Shown: positions 26,481-36,483 of the stretch, piece after piece
Position numbering within the stretch: the stretch's first letter is position 1
Layout of the letters: each line of letters starts with the position of its first letter
Source of the DNA: a virus
Lineage: Duplodnaviria; Caudoviricetes
Length of the DNA stretch: 64,000 nt
IMG/VR virus record: IMGVR_UViG_3300011624_000001
Location: 1 to 64,000 of that record
Reading direction: 5' to 3' (one strand)
Position numbers and translations under genes: made by a program
Notes under the pieces: generated by a model
The model's database searches: none
What the model was told of the DNA's origin: nothing
The model's input: the letters and a program-made list of their open reading frames with translations, nothing else

Positions 26481-28640
26481 ATGCTCAATCTCAGCCCCAA
26501 GATCACGACGGCGGGCCTTGCGCTGGTGCGCGAGGCCGCGAAAACGCCCGGCGTCAGCGTGGCGATCACCAACGTCGCCATCGGCTCCCAGTCCTATGTG
26601 CCAATCGGCAACGAGGTCGCGCTAAAGCAGGAATTCGGCCGCTTCCCGGTCAGCGGCGGCGCATCCATCGACGGCACCCAGGTCAATCTCGGCTTCACGA
26701 TCACCAACACCGACCAGCAGAACCGCTCGACCAGCAGCCAGTGGGTCGGCGAAATCGGCTTCTACGCGGGCGACACCCTGTTCGCGGTGCTCAGCAAGCT
26801 CGAACCAGCGTTCTTCTACAAGTCGCAGGACATCGACATCCCGATTGTGTACACAATCGACATCACCGCCCTGCCGCTGGGCAGCGTCACGGTCAATTCC
26901 ACAGCCGCCCCTGGCACGCTGTCGGCACTGATTGCCAACCACGAAGCGAATGCCGATGCCCACCCTGGCCTGCTCATCACGATCAGGAACGCCATCGTGA
27001 GCATGTTCGCGGCCGCAAACGGTTCGAGCCTGCTGGGCTTCAAGCAAGGCGGCGTGGGCTCGGTGACGCGGACGATGGAAGCGAAGGCGGCCGAGTCCGT
27101 GAGCGTGAAGGACTATGGCGCGCTGCCCGGCTCCCCTTCGTCGCAGCATGCCGCATTCATCAACGCCATCAACGCCCTGACGGCTGCGGGCGGCGGGCGG
27201 CTGGTCGTCAACGGTGGCGGCGACTACCTGATCGGCCAGTCCATCCTGCCTTCCCTCATCACCAGCGACATCGAAATCGTATTCGAGGCAGGCGCTCGGC
27301 TGGTGGCTGCGTCCGGCCTCAGTACCCCGGTCATGGACCTGCGCGCATCGAATTCAGCGATCACCGGCCGCATTCTAACGATCCGCAACCCGCGCATCGA
27401 CTGTAGTGCAGGCAGCACGCAGGCTGGCGTGCAGGGGTGCAGCGGGATCAGCGCGCAGTATTTCAAGTCGCTTGTGATCGAGAACCCGTCGATCTATGGC
27501 GGTGAGAATCCGAACACCTCGACCGCCGATAGCGGCATCACGCCGATCTGCTGCAACTACGTGCTCATCGACGGCGGCGATATTCGCGGATTCAGCGACG
27601 GCGGCGTGTACATCGGCGGCGACAACACCGCAGGAGCGGTCGGCGATGGCGTGACGGCGACCGTTCGCGGCGTCCTCATCGAACGCTGCAACAATGCCGT
27701 ATTGGCAAAGCGCGACCTGAACCACTTGCGCGTGACCGGCTGCGCCATCAACGAGTGCAATTCAGGCGTCGTCGGCGCTGAAATCACCACGCCGAATTAC
27801 ACCAACCCGGTGCGCAGGCTGGAGGTGGAGGGCAACCGCTTCAAGAAGATTGTCGCGAACATCGTGCGCTTCCGTGGCCCATGCAAGGGCAGCATGCGCG
27901 ACAACGAGGTGGAGGACTGGGGCTACCGCTTCGACGGCACCAGCCCGGCCGGAGCAAACGCATATGCTGTGGTCATCCAGGGCAGCACCGGCATCGACGT
28001 GGCCGACAACGATTTCAGGATCATCGACTGGCCGCAGAACGATCAGCGCGCGGTCCTGCTCCAGAACGTCACGCTCAACGGCCAGCAGTACGTCCAGGGC
28101 GGCCACCTGTTCTCGGGCAACAGCTACCGCAACGTCGGGCGCGTCGTCGTGGAGGAAGTCGGCGGGGCCGCCAGCGCGTACCTGAACGAATACTACGAAG
28201 GGCTGTCTACCGCGAAATTCTCGGGCCTGAACGCCGAGAGCGTAGTTACGTTCCGCGAGCAGGGAAAGCCGGGCCTTTGGCTACGCAGCGCCGGATTCGA
28301 GCGCCAGATGGGGCACCCGGCAATCATCGACAGCGCCACCGGCCTGACCCTGGCAGAGAAGGATTCCGGCTACACGTACACCAACGTTGGAGCCCCGGCC
28401 GAGGCGGTCTTCAATCTGCCACCGGCAGCGAAGGGGCTCACGTTCGACTTCATCTGCATGGATGACTTCGGCGTGCGGCTTCAACCGGCTGCTGGCGACC
28501 TGATCCGCGTGAACGCTTCAATCTCGCCTGCTGGCGGCGCAGCAAAGTCCATCGTGGTCGGATCGGCGATCAGGCTGACGGCGGTGGATGCGACATACTG
28601 GGTCGCGCAAAGCCTCACCGGGACGTGGGTGTGGGCCTAG
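26481..28640 (+). CDS. Tailspike 2, beta-helix (pectate-lyase-like) depolymerase
   Basis: Anchor domain, VSVKDYGA..G, repeated V.I.GN.F beta-helix strands. Confidence 0.8.
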   Translation: MLNLSPKITTAGLALVREAAKTPGVSVAITNVAIGSQSYVPIGNEVALKQEFGRFPVSGGASIDGTQVNLGFTITNTDQQNRSTSSQWVGEIGFYAGDTLFAVLSKLEPAFFYKSQDIDIPIVYTIDITALPLGSVTVNSTAAPGTLSALIANHEANADAHPGLLITIRNAIVSMFAAANGSSLLGFKQGGVGSVTRTMEAKAAESVSVKDYGALPGSPSSQHAAFINAINALTAAGGGRLVVNGGGDYLIGQSILPSLITSDIEIVFEAGARLVAASGLSTPVMDLRASNSAITGRILTIRNPRIDCSAGSTQAGVQGCSGISAQYFKSLVIENPSIYGGENPNTSTADSGITPICCNYVLIDGGDIRGFSDGGVYIGGDNTAGAVGDGVTATVRGVLIERCNNAVLAKRDLNHLRVTGCAINECNSGVVGAEITTPNYTNPVRRLEVEGNRFKKIVANIVRFRGPCKGSMRDNEVEDWGYRFDGTSPAGANAYAVVIQGSTGIDVADNDFRIIDWPQNDQRAVLLQNVTLNGQQYVQGGHLFSGNSYRNVGRVVVEEVGGAASAYLNEYYEGLSTAKFSGLNAESVVTFREQGKPGLWLRSAGFERQMGHPAIIDSATGLTLAEKDSGYTYTNVGAPAEAVFNLPPAAKGLTFDFICMDDFGVRLQPAAGDLIRVNASISPAGGAAKSIVVGSAIRLTAVDATYWVAQSLTGTWVWA

Positions 28641-28683
28641 TAGGAAAAGGCCAGCGATAGCGCAATTTCGGGAGCCTCAGAAT
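28641..28683 (+). promoter_or_regulatory. Late-type promoter motif, copy 5
   Basis: TAGGAAAA-N29-CAGAAT(G). Confidence 0.8.
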
Positions 28684-28709
28684 GGTTTTAACGCCATAAC
28701 GAGGTTCCT

Positions 28710-31058
28710 ATGCTAACCCGAAATCCACGCATCACCGCTGCCGGTCTTGCCCTGTTCACCAAGCAGGCTCCCGGCTTTTCCGTCGCCCTCACGCATGTGG
28801 CGGTCGGCACGGCCGTTTATGACCCGACGGGCAACGAGACAGCACTGAAAAGTGAGTTTGCCCGATTCCCCATCGCCACCGGGGTGGACATTTCAGCCAG
28901 CCAGCTCCAGGTGGGGGCGCTGGTCAAGGACACCGACCCGCAGGGCCGCTCGGCCAACAACAAGTGGATTGGCGAGATCGGCTTCTACGTCGGCACGACC
29001 TTGCTGGCCGTGATGAGCCAGTCAGCGCGCGCGCTGTTTTACAAGTCGCCCGAGCTTGACGTGGCGCTCAGCTACATTCTGGACTTCTCTACCCTGCCCC
29101 CTGGCTCCCTGACGGTCGGCGCGCCCAAGCTGTCCGAGGACATTCGACTGGCCGCCCAAACCGCCCTGGCGAGCGCGCAGTCGGCGACCGGCGCAGCAGC
29201 GACGATCCGCGCGACCTATTACGGCAATTCGGCAGTCGCCCCGACGCTGCGCCCGGATGGCACGGCCCGCCAGAAAGGCGACCGCTATTTCGATACCGTT
29301 GCCAATGCAGAGCGCACTTGGAACGGTGCGCTGTGGGGCATCGCGAACCCCGATGCCGCTTCCCTGGCGAAGCCAAGCGGCGCAAGCATCGTCGGCTACA
29401 AGACGGGCAGCGTCGCAACCGCGCTCGAAGAGGTGGACGGCAAGATCAACGGCACCACGCAGCAAATCAACGACCTGCGAAATCGCATGTATCGCCGGTC
29501 TGTCGTCCACAAAATCCCCATGCGGTTCCCTGGCTATGCGACCGTGATCGCAGCCAAGGGCTACACCTACCTGTTCCCGCAATCGTTCACGATGCACGCG
29601 ACCGAGCTGTACATTCTGTACGGGGCCAACACAGGCGCGGCCGGGACGGGCTCGTTCGTGGCGATACACAACCGTGCAACCGGCGCTTATATTTCCGGCT
29701 TCTCTATCGGCGAATCCTATGGCGAGGGCATTGTCGTCAAGATGGAAGGGACCAAGAAATACCTGTACGCGCGCCACAAGTCGAGCGTCCTGGGCAAGTA
29801 CAACATCACGAACCGGCCCGCCAACCTGAGCACCCTCGCGCCCGAGTCCACCACCGACCTGGGCTTCTATTCGTTCCTGAGCTGGGACGGTTCGCAGTTC
29901 ACGATGCAGGTCTTGACGCGCAGCTCGCGCGCGTCGCAGCCGCGCAACCTGTTCGTGCGGCTCGATGAGTCGCTGGCGCTCCAGTCCCGGCTGGAGTTCA
30001 ACCGGCTCGATGCATGGAATCTCAGTGCCGAGCAGCGCGACCTTGCGCCGAAGCTCCAGGGCTTCTCGCACTACCGGGGCGGCTACGTGCTCGGCTACGG
30101 CGCGACGCACTACTACGGCGGGGCGAAGAAGCAAAGCGACTTGTGCGGCATTAAGCTGTTCACGTCCGCGGGCGATCCGACTGAATCGGCGCTGATGAAC
30201 CCGGATGCCTTCATCGACATTCTGCGCGCCAAGGGCTATTCGTGCGACCTGATCGAGAACGAGGGCATGCACTATGCCGATGATGGCGAGCTGTATGGCA
30301 TGTGGGTAACGAGCAGCCATACGAACACCGGCAATTACGGCATCCTCATCACGCGCGAAATGGGCGGCGACATCGACTGCACGGCAGCGGCGACGGCCGC
30401 CACGCCGGGCGCGTCGCTGGAGCACATGCTCGCGAAAGTGGATCACGACGACAAGGGCATCAAGAACCCGATGACCGGCGCGCCGTTCACGACGCTTGTC
30501 GAAATCGTGGAGTTCATGCGCGAAACGCAGCTCTCGCAATACGGTTTCACCACGACCGGATCGACCATCAAGGACTTGGCGGGCAACAACCTACCGGGCG
30601 GGCATATTTTCATGCTCATGACGGGCAATTACTTCTCCTGGGAGGTGCTGGACTATTCCTCCAGCGGCATCGCGACTTCGTGGATTTCGGGGGAAAAAGG
30701 TGCGCTGGTCCAGGCCTACCCAGCCTTCACGCTGGGCGGGCAAGCGTCCGAAACCATGAACAGCGTCAGCGTCGGCGTGGGTTCGGCCGCAAAGATCGCC
30801 ATTGGCCGCAATACGACCGATCTGGTGAGCTTGTTCGAGGCCTGGGGCGCAGATGGCGTCATCGGTCGCATTTCCACCATCGGGGCCAATACCCGCTTCT
30901 ATATTGGCAAGGGCGCGTTCATTACGGGCGGCACCGGGTCGCCAGAAGGCGTGGTAAGTGCGCCGCGCGGGTCGATGTATCTGCGCGAGGATGGAACGGG
31001 GCAATGCCGCTACGAGAAGGAATCGGGCAACGGCAATACTGGCTGGGTACAGCGATAA
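28710..31058 (+). CDS. Receptor-binding protein 3
   Basis: Anchor domain; beta-rich core; C-terminal GTGSPEGVVSAP.GS.Y.R.DG. Confidence 0.78.
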   Translation: MLTRNPRITAAGLALFTKQAPGFSVALTHVAVGTAVYDPTGNETALKSEFARFPIATGVDISASQLQVGALVKDTDPQGRSANNKWIGEIGFYVGTTLLAVMSQSARALFYKSPELDVALSYILDFSTLPPGSLTVGAPKLSEDIRLAAQTALASAQSATGAAATIRATYYGNSAVAPTLRPDGTARQKGDRYFDTVANAERTWNGALWGIANPDAASLAKPSGASIVGYKTGSVATALEEVDGKINGTTQQINDLRNRMYRRSVVHKIPMRFPGYATVIAAKGYTYLFPQSFTMHATELYILYGANTGAAGTGSFVAIHNRATGAYISGFSIGESYGEGIVVKMEGTKKYLYARHKSSVLGKYNITNRPANLSTLAPESTTDLGFYSFLSWDGSQFTMQVLTRSSRASQPRNLFVRLDESLALQSRLEFNRLDAWNLSAEQRDLAPKLQGFSHYRGGYVLGYGATHYYGGAKKQSDLCGIKLFTSAGDPTESALMNPDAFIDILRAKGYSCDLIENEGMHYADDGELYGMWVTSSHTNTGNYGILITREMGGDIDCTAAATAATPGASLEHMLAKVDHDDKGIKNPMTGAPFTTLVEIVEFMRETQLSQYGFTTTGSTIKDLAGNNLPGGHIFMLMTGNYFSWEVLDYSSSGIATSWISGEKGALVQAYPAFTLGGQASETMNSVSVGVGSAAKIAIGRNTTDLVSLFEAWGADGVIGRISTIGANTRFYIGKGAFITGGTGSPEGVVSAPRGSMYLREDGTGQCRYEKESGNGNTGWVQR

Positions 31059-31061
31059 GGA

Positions 31062-31397
31062 ATGAGCATGAAAAAGAACTGTGTAGTGCATGAGGGGAAG
31101 GTGATCCACGTCGGCCAGTGGGAGGCGCACGTCATCCACTATGACCACGACGATGGGGGCGCGCTGGTGCCTGTCGCGACCGCTAACCCGATGCCCGAGG
31201 GGGCTGTCCAGGGCGAATTCGACATCGAGTACACCACGGACGGCAGGATCGTTCTGGCGTCCGATTATCGCGAGCTGCGCGCCGCCGAGTACCCGTCAAT
31301 CGGCGACCAGCTCGACGCACTGTTCAAGGGTGGGGCCGCCGCGAAGGCCATGGCGGACCGCCTGGGTAGCATCAAGAAAAAGTACCCGAAGCCGTAG
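31062..31397 (+). CDS. Fibre chaperone-like protein
   Basis: R..EYPSIGDQLDAL......IK.KYPKP. Confidence 0.7.
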   Translation: MSMKKNCVVHEGKVIHVGQWEAHVIHYDHDDGGALVPVATANPMPEGAVQGEFDIEYTTDGRIVLASDYRELRAAEYPSIGDQLDALFKGGAAAKAMADRLGSIKKKYPKP

Positions 31398-31437
31398 GAA
31401 AACCAGCGGCAGAAGGCAGCGGGGCGAACCTCAGAAT
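31395..31437 (+). promoter_or_regulatory. Late-type promoter motif, copy 6
   Basis: TAGGAAAA-N29-CAGAAT(G); TAG is the upstream stop. Confidence 0.8.
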
Positions 31438-31466
31438 GGTTCCAACTATTCCGAGGAACCCGCTGC

Positions 31467-34436
31467 ATGATTAACCTGAATCCCACCCTCACCGCCGCTG
31501 GCTTCGCGCTTTTCCGGGGCCAGTCTCCAGGCTTCAGTGTGGCTATCACGCACGTCGCTTTTGGCGCGCAAAAGTATGACCCGCTCGGCTTCGAGTCGAG
31601 CCTGAAATCGGAACTGGTTCGCTTCCCGATTGACGGCTCGGCGCTGATTTCGCCAAGTGCGATTCAGGTTGGCGTCCTGATGAAAAATGCCGCTCCAGAC
31701 GGCCGCACCGCCAACGACAAGTGGATTGGCGAAATCGGCTTCTATGCGGGCGATACGCTGTTCGCGGTGCTGTCGCAGGCCGCCGCCTACCTGTTCTACA
31801 AGTCGCCGGACATCGACATTCCTGTGACGTACGTGCTCGATTTTTCGGTTCTGCCAGCGGGCTCGATCACCGTCAACAACGATGCGCAGTCGGCAAGCAT
31901 CGCCCTCGCCTCCAGCTACGCCCAGGCGGCCGCCAAAACGGCCCTGAACGCGCAGCAGGTCATTTCCTCGACCTATTACGGCCCGTTCGCTGCCGAGCCT
32001 ACAGCTCGCCCGGATGGCACGGCGCGCCAGCCGGGCGACCGCTATTTCGACACGAAGGCCAAGGCCGAGAAAACGTGGTCCGGCACCGACTGGTATGCGG
32101 CGAACCTCAATGCGGCAATCCTGGCATCCAAGGACGGTGCGGCGAGTGTCGGTGCGACGTGGTTCGGCGGCGTCCTCGGCAAGCTGTCCGACCTTGCCAC
32201 AGCCGCAGGCTCAGGCTTGGTCGGGTTCGTGCAGGGCGGCGTAGATGCGGTTGCCCGCAGCATCCAGGACAAGCTGCGCGAGCAATATGACGTGCGTGAT
32301 TATGGTGAATTCATCGCTGGCGGCACGTCGGCGGCCGTGGGCAAAATCAATCTGGCAACCCTGAACAGGGCGATCCTGGCTGTAAGCAATGCCGGGGGCG
32401 GCATCCTGCGACTGCCGCCAGGGACGTTCGTGTTCAGCGCTCTGCCGGGCTCGACCGTGCCCGACAGGTGTATCGTGTTGCGCCGCAATGTGGAGCTGCG
32501 CGGCTGCGGAGAGGGCATCACGGTCCTGCGCCGCAACCAGCCGTCCACGCTGATGACCAACGCGCCCAACGGTGCGGTCAACATGGGCTACGGCGGGGGC
32601 GAGAACAACGTCGGGCTGCGCGACCTGACGCTAGACGGCAATGCGGCCTACTCGGCGCTGTACCCGGCCAACATTTCCTATTGGTTCTGTTCCGACCATA
32701 TCCGCATCCGGCGCGTGACCTTCCTCGATACTCCAGGCCTGCATGCCATCGACATGAACGGATGCCGCGATGCTGTAATCGAGAAGTGCAGCTTCAAGGG
32801 TCAGAATGCGGAACTGACGGCCGTTTTCTCGCCGAATGACCCGAATTACTTCCCTGAGGCTATTCAGCTTGCTGGGGAAACGAACGGCTATACCATCGAG
32901 GCGCTGGCACCGAAGAAGATCAAGGTTATCGACTGCTATTTCGGCCCATCGGAAACCCAGGGGTCGCATTGGGTGGCCGTGGGCAATCACGCTCTGAATT
33001 ACAACGTGCAGACCGAAGACGTGCTCTTGAGGGGCAACATCATCGACAACCCGCTGCGCCATGGATTCCGCCCGTTCGCATGGAAGCGCACGAAGATCAT
33101 CGCCAATACCTTTATTGGCGGCAGTGTTGGTATCACGCTTAGTTCAGCCGTTGACGTAAAGGACTCTACCGGAACGCCCACCGGCTTCTCGCAAAGCGGC
33201 GAGGATATGCTCATCGCCCTGAACCACTTCAAGGATGTTGCGAACGAGTGTGTTTCCGTGTCGGCAGGCCACGTTGGCGCGACCACCTACCAGAAGTGGC
33301 GCAATCTGGCCATCATCAACAACACGGTCACAGGCAAGCTCACTACCTGCACCCCGTTTAACATGCGTTGGGTGTCGAGGCTGACGATCAGCGGCAATAA
33401 CCTCAACGGTGATTTTTACCGTGGCATCTACATGCGCTTCTGTGACGCGGTGCGAGTTACCAACAACCACATCGAGAACACGAATCTTGAGGCATTGCTG
33501 GTGGTCGAAGAAGTGGAAACCGCGTGGTCCGGCACCGGCTTGACCGCTGACTATGTCATCAGCGGCAATTCGCTGGTCAATACCGGCTACTCGGGGATGA
33601 ACCTCCAGGCCATCGTCGGCGGCACCATCACCGGCAATACCGGCAAGAACTTGGGCTCTGTGGCTCCGGGCAAGCGGCCATTCATTGGCGTCAGCGCCTT
33701 CTGCAAGAACCTCGACATCACGGGGAATCAGGCTGCTGGCGGCACCTATGTCGTTGACGTTTCGGCGAGCTGCGCGGACATTCGTGTGGGTCCGAATAAT
33801 GCGATTGGCATGGACAGTGGCACTATTCGCAACCTCGCCACCGGGAACAGCGCCACGTCGGACATGACGGCTACGAAAGGCAGTTGGACGCCCTACAGCG
33901 ATAACCTCGACAGCTTCGGTTCGGCCGTGCGTCGCTATGCGCAGGGCTTCTTCTTCGACCTGCGCGTGCGTAATAACCTGCCGGTGCTGGCCGTTGTCGC
34001 CCAGGCCTACGTGTCGGCATCGGTGACGGGCACGACGGACGAAACGGTCCTGGCTACGGTGAAGATCCCGGCAGGCTTGCTCGGCCCGAACGATATGCTC
34101 GAAATCTCGGCGCACTGGGGCTTCAACAACAACGCCAACATCAAGACGCCGAAGATCAAGCTCGCAGGCGTGGCCTACTACCAGCCGAGCATCACGACCA
34201 GCCTCCAGGCATTGAGCATCACCCAAATCCGCAATGCCAACTCGCAAACCGCGCAGATCGGCGGCGTGAGTTCGGCAGGTGTGCAGCACGGCATCGGCAG
34301 CAGCGGCGCGGCCCTGGCTACGTCCGCCATCAACATGGCCCAGGAACAGACCCTGACCTTTACCGGCACGCTGGCAAACGCGGCCGACAACATCACGCTA
34401 CTCGGCTACACCGTCAAGTACGTGCCCGCACCATAA
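31467..34436 (+). CDS. Tailspike 4, beta-helix depolymerase (989 aa)
   Basis: Anchor domain, DVRDYG, L.LPPGT, V.L.G.G..T.L, many I.GN repeats. Confidence 0.82.
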   Translation: MINLNPTLTAAGFALFRGQSPGFSVAITHVAFGAQKYDPLGFESSLKSELVRFPIDGSALISPSAIQVGVLMKNAAPDGRTANDKWIGEIGFYAGDTLFAVLSQAAAYLFYKSPDIDIPVTYVLDFSVLPAGSITVNNDAQSASIALASSYAQAAAKTALNAQQVISSTYYGPFAAEPTARPDGTARQPGDRYFDTKAKAEKTWSGTDWYAANLNAAILASKDGAASVGATWFGGVLGKLSDLATAAGSGLVGFVQGGVDAVARSIQDKLREQYDVRDYGEFIAGGTSAAVGKINLATLNRAILAVSNAGGGILRLPPGTFVFSALPGSTVPDRCIVLRRNVELRGCGEGITVLRRNQPSTLMTNAPNGAVNMGYGGGENNVGLRDLTLDGNAAYSALYPANISYWFCSDHIRIRRVTFLDTPGLHAIDMNGCRDAVIEKCSFKGQNAELTAVFSPNDPNYFPEAIQLAGETNGYTIEALAPKKIKVIDCYFGPSETQGSHWVAVGNHALNYNVQTEDVLLRGNIIDNPLRHGFRPFAWKRTKIIANTFIGGSVGITLSSAVDVKDSTGTPTGFSQSGEDMLIALNHFKDVANECVSVSAGHVGATTYQKWRNLAIINNTVTGKLTTCTPFNMRWVSRLTISGNNLNGDFYRGIYMRFCDAVRVTNNHIENTNLEALLVVEEVETAWSGTGLTADYVISGNSLVNTGYSGMNLQAIVGGTITGNTGKNLGSVAPGKRPFIGVSAFCKNLDITGNQAAGGTYVVDVSASCADIRVGPNNAIGMDSGTIRNLATGNSATSDMTATKGSWTPYSDNLDSFGSAVRRYAQGFFFDLRVRNNLPVLAVVAQAYVSASVTGTTDETVLATVKIPAGLLGPNDMLEISAHWGFNNNANIKTPKIKLAGVAYYQPSITTSLQALSITQIRNANSQTAQIGGVSSAGVQHGIGSSGAALATSAINMAQEQTLTFTGTLANAADNITLLGYTVKYVPAP

Positions 34437-34448
34437 CGAGAGGAAACC

Positions 34449-34772
34449 GTGTCGCCGCACTCCCCTGCATCGACCTCTGCATTCGTCAAGGCCGTCCGCG
34501 CGTTCTCCCTGAGCACGCCGGACTGGGCCGAGGCGATCCGCTATTTCACCAAGCCGGACGAGCGAACCGACATCACCCTGATTGCCGAGCGGGTCTACGG
34601 CAACCGGGGCGAGTTCATGACCGTGTTCGCTGCGGCCGGGCTCGATACCCTCGAACAAGTGCTGGACGAGCGGCAACTGGTGCTGCCGACCAGCGCCCAG
34701 TTGCAGCTCATCAAACGACAGACAGGATACCTGACCGATGCAGAGAAACGCGCGTATAGCGCCCTCCGTTAG
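34449..34772 (+). CDS. Baseplate LysM/tail-X-like protein
   Basis: DITLIAERVYGN....VFAAAG...L.LP pattern. Confidence 0.55.
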   Translation: MSPHSPASTSAFVKAVRAFSLSTPDWAEAIRYFTKPDERTDITLIAERVYGNRGEFMTVFAAAGLDTLEQVLDERQLVLPTSAQLQLIKRQTGYLTDAEKRAYSALR

Positions 34773-35766
34773 CGCGGCTACCGCCCGGCTCACTTCGGCC
34801 CGGCGAGAGGCTCAGGAGGCCGCTGAATTCGATCTGGCGCGGCGGCAGGCGGCGCAGACCATCCTGCGCCCGAACGAGGTATCCGGCGAGTATGATGCTG
34901 GCCGCCTGCTCACGACGACGCTGCGCGGCGAGGTGCGGGCGCTCACCCAGGACGACATCAGGGCGTTCCAGTCGAACGTCCAGCAGCTCAAGAAGAAATT
35001 CAAGGGCGGGATCACGGCCCAGTCCGTCATCGACCTTGCCCTGGAGTCGGACAAGACGCGCGCGAACAAGCAGATCAACATGGCCGTGCCCGCCTCGATC
35101 ATGGGCGGCAAGGTGCATTTCATCACCAACGCCGGGCCGGATTCGGACGTGGCGCGCCACCACGTCCACGTCGAGTTTCTGGACTTCGATGCGGCCGTGG
35201 GCGCGTCGCCGAACGAGCCGAAGAAGCTGGGCAAGCTGGTGGCGGGCGGCCGCCTGCGCTTCGACTGCGATTGCGGCCGCCACACGTTCTGGTATCGCTA
35301 CATCGCCACCATCGGCAAGTACAACACCGGGCGGGCCGAGACGGGCTACCCGAAGATCAGGAACCCGAAGCTGATGGGCGTGGCGTGCAAGCACGTCCTG
35401 CGCACCATGCACGTCATCCTCAAGGACAGCGCCGTGCAGCTCAAGCTGGCCCAGTCGGTGCTCAAGGCGCGCGACGTGCTCGACGGCCGCAAGGTCAAGG
35501 CCGAGCGCGTCAAGGTGGCCGAGCTGCGCGCCATGGCGGACGCCCAGGCGGGTAAGCGCAAGAGCAGCACCAACCTGCGCACGTCGGCCGAGAAGAAGCA
35601 AAAGGCGGCCGTCGAGAAGGCCCGGCGCGATATGAAGAAGGCGGCCGTCGAACGGGCCAACCCGACCGCGAACCTGCGGCAGATCGAGCGGCATGCGCGC
35701 TCGCTGCTCGACCTGGGCGCGATCACCCAGGCGCAGTATGACCAAATTGTAAAGGCAGCAAAATGA
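34738..35766 (+). CDS. SWIM-type zinc-finger protein
   Basis: FDCDCGRH.FWY...G.ACKH; basic C-terminus. Confidence 0.7.
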   Translation: MQRNARIAPSVSAATARLTSARREAQEAAEFDLARRQAAQTILRPNEVSGEYDAGRLLTTTLRGEVRALTQDDIRAFQSNVQQLKKKFKGGITAQSVIDLALESDKTRANKQINMAVPASIMGGKVHFITNAGPDSDVARHHVHVEFLDFDAAVGASPNEPKKLGKLVAGGRLRFDCDCGRHTFWYRYIATIGKYNTGRAETGYPKIRNPKLMGVACKHVLRTMHVILKDSAVQLKLAQSVLKARDVLDGRKVKAERVKVAELRAMADAQAGKRKSSTNLRTSAEKKQKAAVEKARRDMKKAAVERANPTANLRQIERHARSLLDLGAITQAQYDQIVKAAK

Positions 35767-36269
35767 TTAACAGCGTACCAGTAGCGATCACCAAGGCGGC
35801 CAAGGCCGTCACGCGCAGGCACCCGAATTCCCTGGATTGCGTGGTCTACCGCAAGGTGCTGACCGCGCCAGCCGGGGAGCAGATGGGCGGCCTGCCCACG
35901 CTGGGCGGCATGGGCGTGCTGAAAAGCGAGGACGATCCCGACTTCGAGTACCGGAAGGTAGGGATGGGCCGGATTCACGTCACCGGCCGCTTCGACGGCG
36001 GCGATATGTCGGACCGGGGCGACAGCATCGTGCCGGACCAGCCGATGCAGGAGGCGAACATCGTCAGCGCCGACGACCTGCCCGGCTTCGAGGTGCAGAA
36101 GGGCGATCTGATCGGGATGATGCCGGGCGGCGGGGTGCTGATCGGGTTCGAGATTGTCGGGCAGACCGGCAGCGTGGCGATCTACCCCTATGTGACGAAG
36201 TGGATCATCGCGCCGCGCGACGAGCTGCACGACCTTGAACCATGGAAGGGTGATGCGGACAACCCTTAG
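35763..36269 (+). CDS. Putative head-tail joining/structural protein
   Basis: End of late operon; beta-barrel-like pattern. Confidence 0.5.
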   Translation: MINSVPVAITKAAKAVTRRHPNSLDCVVYRKVLTAPAGEQMGGLPTLGGMGVLKSEDDPDFEYRKVGMGRIHVTGRFDGGDMSDRGDSIVPDQPMQEANIVSADDLPGFEVQKGDLIGMMPGGGVLIGFEIVGQTGSVAIYPYVTKWIIAPRDELHDLEPWKGDADNP

Positions 36270-36481
36270 AAAAGGGAGAACCGCGGATTGCGGGTAAAGA
36301 CGATCTGGCCGGGCTCGACAAGGCTGTTCGCCTGGACCTGATCCCGATAGCGCGGCGGGACATCGACCGTTGCGCCAGGGGCGTGATACAGCACGTCGCC
36401 GTTCGCCAGATCATAGCCATGTTCGGCGAACAGGTTGCGCAGCGCGGCCGCCGTCATGCTTTCGCCGAACAGGTCGCACAT
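36266..36481 (-). CDS. Hypothetical protein
   Basis: Last gene of early operon; stop overlaps convergent stop. Confidence 0.55.
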   Translation of the reverse strand: MCDLFGESMTAAALRNLFAEHGYDLANGDVLYHAPGATVDVPPRYRDQVQANSLVEPGQIVFTRNPRFSLF

Positions 36482-36483
36482 GG

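Noticed and set aside
23972-31437. Repeated TAGGAAAA...AGAATG units as a CRISPR or tandem array
   Set aside because: Units are kilobases apart with non-conserved interiors and each precedes a gene; no cas genes
24041-34436. Cin-like invertible tail-fibre locus driven by the serine recombinase
   Set aside because: All four RBP genes are full-length on one strand, no inverted cix-like sites were seen around them, and the recombinase is about 20 kb away
24041-34436. Diversity-generating retroelement acting on fibre tips
   Set aside because: No reverse transcriptase and no template/variable repeat pair differing at adenines were seen
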